Assembly: GCA_964035545.1 (NCBI GenBank)
Contig: OZ037765.1
Span: 25,357,504-25,421,503 of the forward strand
Source: Bugula neritina
Taxonomy: Eukaryota > Animalia > Bryozoa
Reading direction: 5' to 3'
Length of the DNA stretch: 64,000 bases
Shown piece by piece: positions 39,355-51,200 of this stretch (position 1 is its first letter; every line of letters begins with the position of its first letter). The notes beneath the pieces are model-generated. The model was given only the letters and a program-made list of their open reading frames with translations. It ran no database searches and had not been told where the DNA came from. The position numbers were made by a program, and so were the translations under genes.

Positions 39355-42119
39355 ATTTCATTTGCTTAGTATTCATCTTTATTGAAGAACTTTTGGGTAA
39401 ATAAATATAGTATTACATTTATTTAATGGCAATACTTGAACAGCTAGTGCAGTAAGGAGTTATCTGATATTAGTTCTATGTATATTGCTGCTATTGAGAT
39501 GTTTTATCACTGCATATTTAATATTCTGACTTAAACTGAGTAGAACTAGCACAAAACAGGAAATTGATTTTGTATGTAAAATTGTACTTCAGCTTATTTA
39601 ATGGGCACTACTCATGCTCAGAAATGATTTATAATTGCTTCAAATTGCTCTATTAACTTGGTTACGCATTTATTTGAATTTTGTTGCAGAGCTCATAAAA
39701 CTTCTACTTTTGCAAGTCCGTCTTCTCATCTATACCCAGACAAAAGGCTGCTAACAGAATGCTCGATTTAAATGCTTGACTGATGGAGCAATTATTCTTT
39801 ATTTTTACTTTGTGTTACTTTGAATTCAATGAAAGAGGGAGTTAAATAATTATTTTTTTAAGTAAATATTACAATAAAAAGGGTTCTCAATGCAAAAATA
39901 AAACTTGTTTATATTCTTATTGTTTTCTACTGGTGGTATAAGTTTTCATTAGGTTTTTATTGAATATCCCATTCACAGCTGAGTTCTTCTATTAACATCA
40001 GACAACACTCCTAAGCTGGCGATAGAGCCATAGTCGTGGAGAAGATAACTACTTTATTAAATAATAACTCACTTAAACAACATTAGATGACCCTTTGACT
40101 TAACTACAGCAAACAAATGTTTTGCTGCATGCAAGCAAGAACAGTACATAACAAACAAAAACAAATTTCTTTTGTAAGTTTTTAAGATGTGCTTGTAAAA
40201 ATATATATTTGTGAAAGGGCAGATGACTGAGGGAAATTTCTATCAAGCTTACTATTAAACCACGATCACTTTTGAAGACACCAAGTTAAGGGTTCACAAC
40301 ATGAAACATGTATTATCCAGTTGACAGTAGAGTAACATGATGTATTTGTGATATGCTAAAGTTTAGAATAGGACACTATATTACAGTGAGATACATAGCA
40401 CATAACACAGATAGATAATTAATGATAGCTGCTATTCTGTTCAAGCAGAGTCCCTCTGGGTTGTAACATGGTCATCCCCATAGGTGATAGTATATTCCAT
40501 GCACTTGAATACAATGCAGATGTTCTGTTATATGGGTTTATTACATGTGCGTTATCATGTATTGAAGTGCATTAACTCGCATGTATTTCAGTGTATGTTA
40601 TATATCAGTAGTTCTAGACATAATTAGACAAATGCAAGTTGGTGGGCTGCACTAGGCTGTAAATTACCCAGAAAACTAGTCCCGTAAACACAATCACAAC
40701 TTACATATAAATATACAATTATATTTACGCCGCTTCTACAGGCTACAATTTCAACCCGCTAATTAAGTGATAGTGAGAAATGCGTAGTAAAAGTAACTTA
40801 CGCCGAATGGTATTGTAATAGTATTCTCAGTAATACTCTGCCTCGTTGACGCTACACGTTTGCTGAATAGTGATAGCGGTAGACAATAGTGAGTGAATCT
40901 GGTCATTGTGATCACCACAACTAGTTAACTAGAAAAAGTTAAATTTAAAAGTATCTGTATTTCTAGCATTGCGATTGAATTTGAATATTAATATAATTAA
41001 ATGATTGAAATTTATTTTTAATTTAATTTTATAGCTTTGGGACTTGAAAAGTTAGGGTGGTGGCTGAGACTCAAACTGCACCTAGCTAAGCTGTATGTGT
41101 CCATCTAATAGTTCTAAGTTCATGCAACGTAGGACTAGGTATCAGTCATCTCTCACGAGTCACTATCCGTTATCGGTATCAGTATGACTGTATGAGTATG
41201 ACTATCACTATGAATTGGGTATGTCCATGCTCATAGTCATAGTCGTACTGATACTATTTCAGTAATGAATATTACTAAATCTAATAGTAATAGTATTACT
41301 AATACTATTACTATTAGTATAACTATGAGTATTAGTATTACTATTACTAAGTCTAATGCACTTACACCTACAGTATTACTATGTCTATTAGAGTATTACT
41401 ATTGGTATTAGTAATACTAAAGACTAAAGAGTAAAGTAATAACTTGAAACTGAAAGTGAAAGCATTAATTTTAAGTTCAGCAATTTAGCTGGATTAACAA
41501 TAACATGTAAATTAAAATTAATTTTAAATTCAGTGACTGTAAGTATAAGCATAAGCTTAGCACCATGTCTATGCTATTAATATTAGTATTAATGGTATTA
41601 CTATTACTATTAGTGTTACTGTTAGTAACTGATTAATCATTAATTATTCAATTTAAACGATCAAATCACTTAAACCTAAAGTTAGTCCTTTAAATAAACA
41701 ATTACTGATAGTGATAGTCATACCGTTAGTGTTACAATAAGCCGAGTAACTGTAAGTGTAACTATCGAATTTAAATCATAAATGTTCACGTTGGGACTTC
41801 AAGATTGAAAATAACTTTGACTGAAATTTAAATATATACACACTCTGAATCTGACTCGCAGTCACTGGTCACACAGTCATATCAATACTTACAGTTATAC
41901 TCGTACTGATAGTGATACTTATAGTTATTGAGTCATCGTGGTACTGCCTAATACTACTAGTACTTCTACAGTGCTACAAGTACAACGTCAACTTGAACTC
42001 ACAACTGCCAGCGGACACTGGTAGTGGTATTAAATTTGCTAGCTTATTTACTATTACATCAAGTTCAACATTTTGATTTACTAGTAAAATTGAAAGTAAA
42101 TAATATAGGCCTAAATATA

Positions 42120-42355
42120 GGTGTCCCATAAAAATGGCACAGGTAATAATGATGCTAATGGCACAAATGGCAAAGTAGGTAAAAATTACACATTTTCAAT
42201 ATTCGGGTTTGGGGTGGTGGTTGGGGGGTTTGGGGTGGGGGTTTGAGTTTGGGATTTTAAGGTTGGGGGTTTGGGAAAATTTAACAGCAGTGTGCCATTT
42301 TCACCTACTTTTCCATTTGTGCCATTATTACCTGTGCCATTTTTACTTTAAATCC
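42120..42355. mobile_element. MITE with long subterminal inverted repeats and G-rich telomere-like core
   Basis: GG...CC termini. TAAAAATGGCACAGGTAATAAT..GGCACAAATGGCAAAGTAGGT is inverted at the right end. Flanking direct repeat TAAATATA (42112-42119 / 42356-42363), extendable to CCTAAATATAG. Core of GGG(G)TTT-like runs at 42205-42275. Confidence 0.85.
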
Positions 42356-45206
42356 TAAATATAGTATAGTTTTATTATAAATCAAATGTAGTATTTGATT
42401 TTGCTTTTATACTTAGTAATACTATTACTACTAACATTGTTTATTAGTTTAATTATTTATCAGTTATTAGTATTGCCAAATTGGTAGTACTAATGGTTAT
42501 AGTAATACCGTAGTAAAACTAAATGAGTAAATGTAGTACTACTACTAAATATTGTTTAATCTATTAGTATTACTAACTCCAAGGCTAATAGTAAATATAA
42601 TACTTATGAGTTATAATTTTATTTTCAAGCAGTCTTGTGTCTTATTTATTTACAGAGTTGGATTTAGTATTATTATGGAATACCAATAAGTAGTTCCATA
42701 ACTTATCCTATGATTGTTATTATGCTTATTAGTTATTGTCAGTGTTGGTGTTAGTCATAGTCATAGTATAAACTTCTCAGGGAGCATCAACTCTCTGAGT
42801 TAAATTATTAGTATGATTATTATCAATTACCATTATAAGTAATATATTTCTGTGGTTATAATTATGGTTACTATTCACTATTACTATCAGTATGATTTTG
42901 TTGAGCTCAATGACTGTCATTGTGACACCTACAAAGTTAATGAAAGGGTGAACCCAAAATCCGCTGACCTATTATAAATAATAATACCAGAACTTCAATC
43001 AGGGCCAAACATTATAGTGTAGTGGTATAATGTGAATCCTACAAGGATACTATTATACTCATCTAGTACAATATTGATAATCAATGCCATAATATGGTAA
43101 CATTGGCAGCTCACTCATTTAAATAACTGTCGAGATAGTTTTGACATTTTTCTATCACCTGGCCCTTGCTACAAAAAATGAAATGCAATATTTAAAGACT
43201 GCAATTTTATATGAAAAATAAATTGGATTACTTTCATTTACATGTTACATACTAAAATACTGTGAGCCATTCAATATGGAACACAAACCTGCAGTACATA
43301 GGAACTAGATCATTTATTCTTTTGAATAATTGTGGACTTTGACTAATATAAATTATAAAATTTCTCAGACAATTCTTCATAGAGAAAACTAAAGAACCAC
43401 GGCATTTGATAAATGTGTCATTTTAAAAACTAGCAGCTAGTGCAAAATGATGTTGGTTCTTTTAACTAGTATACCACATATATTTTTAAAATTTTCAGAG
43501 CTGCTGCAGTTCATAAAGTTCTGCATCCCATTCGGAGTTTTAATTTAAAATTAAGAAAAAGGTTATATTCTCCAGATTTAAAATATTAATTCATGCTTCA
43601 AATTTTATATATAAAAATTTCACAAATAGCAAAATTGAAAATATAATTTTATTGCCCATCATATGAGCAAAATTAAAATCAGTAAATTTATAAAATGTGT
43701 TCAGTTTGTTTTTCATATGCAACATAAAAATTTTTGGGGTCAACTCATTCCTGGGCAATACCCTGGGCATTGAACTAGCTACTCCATCATTGCAAATAGC
43801 CAGAGGTTTGGTTTGTGGTAAGCAAATAGACCTAGTTAAGTAGCAGCTTGACGCTTCTTTCCATATTAGCATTTTAGAGAGAGAATACCCGAAATACCAA
43901 GTACCACTAAACTAAGTAACTAAGCATTTTATTTATTTTTACCAATGTAGTAAAGTGGTAACTTTCTGCTGAGCTGTACTAAAGTTGAGCAGAATATTAA
44001 TTTTCTAATAATTTAGAAAGATTGAGCAATTATTAGCTTGACCCGAGAAGCCTACTAAATGTTAGCTGAAACAACAAAGTGGTATAACTTTTAGTTCTTT
44101 ATCAAGGGGAGTTAACTATGCACAAATTATATATTTTAATGCTCTAAGAAAAACATAAATATCAAAATACTTGTAGAATTTTTCAGTTATTTTATAATTA
44201 TTCAATGGATGTTTTTACAACTTACCTTTGCCAGCCTGCATGCAGTTTCTATTTTAATATTTTGAAATTTGCATCTTTCACATTAACAAGTTATTCTGAT
44301 TGTAATTAAATTTTGTGTGAATTAAAAAGTCTAATCAACACAAGTTAGGTATTTCCTATAGTTAAAATAACTATGGTGGATGTGATTTCCAATTAAATAT
44401 AACAGAGTTTTGTTTTTCAGTTTTGTAAAATAATTTTTCTGCTGTCAATTAGATAAAACCTGGCCACATATTTGATATATTTAAAATATGGCAAGGTTCT
44501 TGTCTGCTTTTGGTTTCCTTGAAGTTTACAATTGTCGAAGTAGAGTTTGCAGGCATATTTTCACCCGCTATTGACTCAGTTTATATTAGGGGGTTCTGTA
44601 TATGAATTTAGTTTATAGCTTTCAAGTTACTTATAGTCTTCCTACAACTTTAATAGCATATCCACTCTTATAAAAAATAATGACAACACAACTGTTGCTT
44701 TTGAATCTGTCTTCAAAATCCTATAAATCTAACTTTTGTTTCCTTAAAAAATAAAATTCAAAGTTTGCATTCTCTGCTAAATTAAGCTTTATATTTACAG
44801 CTGCATGTATATCAGCAACACTCCTCCAGATTTCTGTGTGCTCCCAGTTATAAAGAGCTAGAGAGGAAGTGGGGTATTATGATAGCTGTCTGCAGGCTAT
44901 CAATCTAGCCCACTGTAAGTAAGATATATTAAACTATTTACTATAGTTACACCAAACTACTAATAGTCCTTCCTTTAGACAATATATATACTTTAATGGC
45001 TTCTATTTAGACACATATAGTGGTCAAAACTAACTAGATTTGTGCCAAAATAATAGCTTTTAGCATGCAGGTTTCCTACTGGTTAGTCACTGATCTCAGT
45101 GTTATGAGGCCACGCTTTGTTAAACCTTCCATTACATATGAGTAAAGAATGCAACTGCTCTATCAGGTTGATACTTTGTAACTTCATTTGTTTAGAAAGA
45201 CTGGGG

Positions 45207-48200
45207 ATGTTTCAAAGTATTGGGATGAGAAATGAGGATGGATCAGCTCAGCAATGTCGTAGAACTCCCGTGACTCATGTAGATACTAGCCACTTCCTGT
45301 CCAGCTCGTCTACTCCCGTAGCTACAAAAACTGTAGATGTACAGACTGTGTCTTTCAGTGAAATGGCTGTCATTAGGCAGGGTTCAGCTTCACCTAAGGT
45401 ATGTAAGGTGTTATATCTACCTGAGTGTTATATCTACCTGAGTGTTATATCTACCTGAGTGTTATATCTACCTGAGTGTTATATCTACCTAGGTGTTGTA
45501 TCTACCTAGGTGTTATATCTACCTAGGTGTTATATCTACCTGAGTGTTACATCTACCTGGTACCTAGGTGCTATATCTATTTACCGAGTCAAACTACTCA
45601 GTAATCTCCAACTCTGGTATCTCAAATTTGAGAGTTTAAAAATTTGAGAGTTTAAAAATTTGAGATGTTTCTTCTATCAGCAGCCTTGTCATTGCGGCAT
45701 GTTTCTTGAATCAGTTAATGATTGTAAGGGATTGGAAGTTGCAACTAAAAGAAGCATTTTTAAACTGTTTAAAAGGTTATTTGAGTTTAAGAAATGTCTA
45801 TTGGAGGAATTTTAGTGAAAAGTTTACTGTTCAATTTTTGGACAGTAGTTATTTATACCTAAAACTGCTAGTAGAGTCTGGGATGGAAAAGTTAGAAATT
45901 TCATTAAAGGCCCAGCAACGGAAAGTCACATAAACACATTGTAGATTTAGTCAATAACCTATTATTTTGCAATCTATTTCCTCCATATTTTAATTCTGAT
46001 CTTTGCTGTCCTGTAGCTTAAACATATAATTTCTGCTTAATAATAAGGGCAAAGTTGCTTCCATCAAAGCTTGGATGCTAAAGGTGATGCTAAGGGAAAA
46101 AATTATTTACTCTACTACCAGACCAACCTTAATTTCTCACTTCTTGTTACTAGAAAGTATCTCATGAAGTTTCAAATTGTTTTACTGCAAGCATTACTAA
46201 AAACTACACAGTACTCTACTGAGCATAGAGGCCAGTTCTACACGATGTTTGTGGCCGAGTTTAGTCTTACCTTCATAAGTTACTTCCCCCATGATTTCTG
46301 ATGAATTTCTAGTCTAATAATATAGCTGAAACTCAACTTTTTAAAGTCAAGTTTCCGTTGATTACATCCATTTCTTGTTAGATGTTATCCGGTCTGGACA
46401 TGACTGATGAAATGTTTTAAGGATTTAGTTTTATTGCTGTTTTAGGGTTACAAATCTACTTAAAATGGCAAGGATGTTACCCAGCAAATTCAATCTTTAT
46501 AATTATAGTATGTATATACCCGTGTGTGTGTATATATACGATTAACTTTACTGCTGCTAAGTCTGGTCATTTCAAGAGTGAAGATAAAAAACTCAAAAGG
46601 GTGCAGAACATGTCCAAAAGCATTAAGATAATTATGTATTTTATAAAAACTAAATTGGTTTTGAGCTCATTGTTTATTTATTTTGTTTAGTAAAAAGTCA
46701 TTATGTTTTGAAGATGACCAGAAAGTTTAGGAAAAAAAATTAAGTTTATCTAGTTAAACAAAATTAAAATATTGAAAAAAAGTTAAATTAAAATATCACA
46801 AGTGCAATAACCACTCTTGCAGCTGCTAGGCTAACTGAAAATATATCCTTATCAAAGAATTTGGTTATATGAGTATATCTCATTTTATCAGTTTCATTAT
46901 AGCTTCCCAAGCTTTAGATTATTTTCTAAAATAATTTGAAGGGCTGTTAAAATATAATGTGAGCTACCAGTATTCAATAAGCCACCAGACTCAATGACTT
47001 GGAGTAGTTGGTTTTAGGTACTGAGCATAAGATGGTTGGCCATCAGCATGCATTATAAATCAGTGTCATTGAAGGTTGAGCTGATACAGGATCAAGTATC
47101 AAACAAGGGTTTGGCATCCAGCATAAGTACCTTGATTATTGCCATGTTTGGTTCCAAACATTTACATAAATATGCTGAGCAAATTTGCTTTTGATAATTT
47201 GTTTCAAGGCTTTGGTACATTATTCTTAAAACAATTTAACCGAGCTTAAACAGCAACAACATGAATCTCGTGATTTGAATAAGCTTGGCTTGTTTGTGTC
47301 AAGCAGCTATTCAAATATATACCCCTGAGTTTTGCATAAGCAGCAGTGATAGCGAAGGTCTCTTTGTTAGTGCATGTCGTGTTAGCCTAAGCTGCTTGGG
47401 TTTTTATATTTTCAGGTAATATTTTATATATAAGTAAATAACTCAAGGCTAATTTTAATAGTATTTTGTATTTACTATTAATGTTGATTATGATATTCAG
47501 AAAGTGACCACTTTCAATGAGCTATAATGCTATTTTAAATGATTTCAATGGTGTGTACATTCACTAACCAATTTCTATTGTGGCCGTTAATGGTTTCAGG
47601 ACTTAAATTTACTTGTGTATTTTGGACTATAGCTGCTTTGTAAATGGATAGCTAAAGCTTCGAATCTACTTTGTTTGTGATGCTTTTATTCTAACCAACT
47701 TCACCGATTCTATTTGTTGAATGAGCGTAATGCTGCCGGTTGGAGAAACTCCAACAAACTATTCAACAGAGTCAAACAGCCACTGGTTTAGAACAGGTTG
47801 AGCTGTGTAATTTATCAGTCAGCTTATGCTACCGTGCTGTAACATCTTCGGTGCGACCAAATTCACTCTCTCACCATATTTCTGATTAGTAAGTATCTAG
47901 ATCTATCTTTTTCTTAATGTGTAAGATCTCTACTGGATTAGTAAACTGTTATTTGTGAATATTCACAGGGACCTGCGCAGAGTTCAGCGCTGGAGCCAAT
48001 AGGCAGCGTGCTCAGTCAGCAGTTCTCTGTGAGACAGCAACAACAACTCGCCAAGTTTATTGAGAGCGAAATGAAGGAGAAGTACATGGAACAGGCACGC
48101 ACGTTGGAGCAGTTTCAGGTACTTATGAAGAAGGATCTGCTTGACAAGCAAGCTCAACTGATGCAGCAAATACAAAGAGGTTTGGATGTCATGCCAGGCT

Positions 48201-51200
48201 TAGCTAATGGCAGTGATAGCTTGAAGCCAGGTGTGTGTGCCAAGGCCTATGTTGGCAACTCGGTGGTGCACAATGGAGTGACAGATAGTGTGGCTGGAGC
48301 TGCTGTTAAACCCACTGTGATCTCAACCAGCTTAGGATCTCCCATCTCTGCCAGTCCAGATTCTCAGATACTGCACAACGGTTTCACTCCATTGCACAAT
48401 GGTGCAGCTAACGGTCAGACGGAAGACCCTGTGACATCACACAGCGCTGCCGCCACCTCTTCTTCCTTCAGTGCTGACGAGAGTTTAAATGGCAACACAT
48501 CTCAGGAATCTTCATCTCACGAAACGTGGGACTCAACCAATGCATTCACTCATGAGCGGCCAGTGCTGACCGGAAGTGAGCGATCTACACCTACACCAGC
48601 GCTGCCGACCTCTACCATCGGTGGCAGCAATCATGATCTCGAATTACTTAGCCAAAGTATACATATACCTGTGAAAGACTCAGAACTAGATGTAAATAGT
48701 GTGTTAGACAGACTAGCAGAAGTCGGGTCTGTAGATAATGCGCTTTCTATATCACCTGTGTCAGTGCCAACGGCTGATGACAGCACTCCAAGACTACCGC
48801 TGCTGGTGAGGAATTTATATACTCTAATTTACTATGATATACTCTGATATACTCTAATATACTCTGATATACTATGCTATTCTATGCTATACTATGATAT
48901 ACTATGATATACTATGCTATACTATGCTATACTATGCTATACTATGCTATACTATGCTATACTATGATATACTATGCTATACTATGCTATACTATGCTAT
49001 ACTATGATATTATAGAGTTTACTAATCTGCGAGTTATTGCTACTGAAAATAACAAGTAACTCTGATGGGATCATTTGCCACCATTTATCATGCTAATACC
49101 TGCTGGTGCTGCAACTTGTTACTAATTTTACCTGCCTGTAGGCATGTAACTCTCAGCTAGGTGGGCCAGTCTAGTCTCACCTGTTTTCTACACTTTGTGA
49201 AATAATAATAAATGGATTGAGAATAGTTAAACAGTGCACTGTCAGTAGTAACTGGTCTACTTTTCATACTACTTAGTTTTGTTAATCATGTATCACTTCT
49301 TTAAGGTATTGTTTGTGAAATGACAAAGTATAATATTTCCAGTGGATGTTAAAAGCCCCTTGGCACTGCCCGCCTGCCAAGAGTTCGTTTTACAGCATTT
49401 CATCAATAACAAGTATTAACTTAGTACTGCAGTTCTTTAATATGCTGCCACAGCTCTTTGATATGCTGTCGCAAGGCAGTCACTAGGTGCTACAGATTGT
49501 AGCTTAGTGCTAATGAAATGTGTTTTGCAAACTACACGTATAATTAATTCATGTGGTCTTATGGAGAGAATACAAGCTACTAGGTCTAATAATAATACTA
49601 CTACGTATTGTATTCCAGCGCAGTGTTTTTCTCTTTTTGGAATTATGCAACTACTCTACCATAATAATGGTATGCTTCCCCTCTGATTATTATTCAAGTG
49701 TTCCATTAGCAACTGCAGCTAAACTATATCTCAAGTTATATGGCTACACATATATCTCTACTTTGCAATAAAATAATACACAGCCTGCAAGCTTTCAAGG
49801 TATTATGAGATATAACTTATAAGTTAAGTATAGGAACTTTCATATCTTTGATTTATTTCATCAACGTAATAACCTCCAACTATATTATTATCTTTAGTCC
49901 TACTACTGAGCATTCTCACAAGCCGGCTAACAAATGCTGGCTTTGATAGCCGGTGCAGTATGGGAAGCATCACTGCATTTCATAACCTTCGTTGCTGATC
50001 AATAACTGATGACCCTATGCATAATATCTGGCGAGTTGCCAGTTTTTCGCTCGGTGTTTTTGTGTAGTTGAGTTCTCTAATGTAATAGTTTCACAGGCTA
50101 GTTTCATAGCAGCCAACACAGTTGATCATACTAAGCATTTGTCTAATCCTTACCCTCATAATTACAGAGATGTGACAGCTCAACGCAGCTTTGCCACTAC
50201 CTCCATCTTCCACATACGTATCCAGTCCTAGGCACTCATTATGTAGTACACATGTCTGGTGTGCTAGACAAGCCTGACTTGACTCACAGTTGTATAAATA
50301 GATGGCTCTATACTGTATTATATTATACTGTACTATGCTATACTACACTATACTATACCATACTGTACTGTACTATGCTATACTACACTATACTATACCA
50401 TACTGTACTATACTATACTACACTATACTATACTCTACTGCCCTACACCATACTGTACTATACCATATTGTACTATATACTCTGCTCTATACTGTGCTAT
50501 ACTATACCATACTGTACTATACTACTCTATAATATATAATATATAGTTTATAGTAAGTAGCCAATAGTATTTAGTCTATAAGCATATATTATTATTTTGT
50601 TGTTTCTGGGCACAGAGTACTGCAGCCACTTCCTCAGCTGATGGCCCTATGATCTCTGCATCAGAACCTCTGTGTAATGGTAATGATGAGAAGGAGAGAT
50701 CACTGGCAGCGGATGATGAAATACATTACTCATCCAGCAGCACCCCTCCACCAGAATCTCCTGCTGATGACTTGAGTGCCAGGTAGAATTTCTAGTTCTG
50801 TTTGACTGCAGCGTACTGTGTTGTAGTGTTAACACTGCTGTGGTTTAGTGTGTTGTAGTGTTAACACTACTGTGGTGTACTGTGTTGTAGTGTTAACCCT
50901 ACTGTAGTGTACTGTGTTGTAGTGTTAACACTACTGTGGTTTAGTGTGTTATAGTGTTAACTCTGCTGTAGTGTAATGTGTTGTAGTGTTAACACTGCTG
51001 TAGTGCAGTGTGTTGTAGTGTTAACACTGCTGTGGTTTAGTGTGTTGTAGTGTTAACACTACTGTAGTGCAGTGTGTTGTAGTGTTAACACTGCTGTGGA
51101 TTAGTATGTTGTAGTGTTAACACTGCTGTAGTGTACTGTGTTGTAGTGTTGACACTGCTGTAGTGTACTGTGTTGTAGTGTTGACACTGCTGTAGTGTAC

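Noticed and set aside
43591-43872. 93-aa minus-strand ORF and other short intronic or intergenic ORFs
   Set aside because: No recognisable motifs, AT-rich codon noise, and no consistent splice structure.
47721-47796. Extra MPHOSPH9 coding exon (MSVMLPVGETPTNY..)
   Set aside because: Its phase-1 donor is incompatible with the phase-0 acceptor at 47969, and the gene splices in frame without it.
50252-50539. Tyr-rich ORFs
   Set aside because: Translations of a 5-bp satellite.
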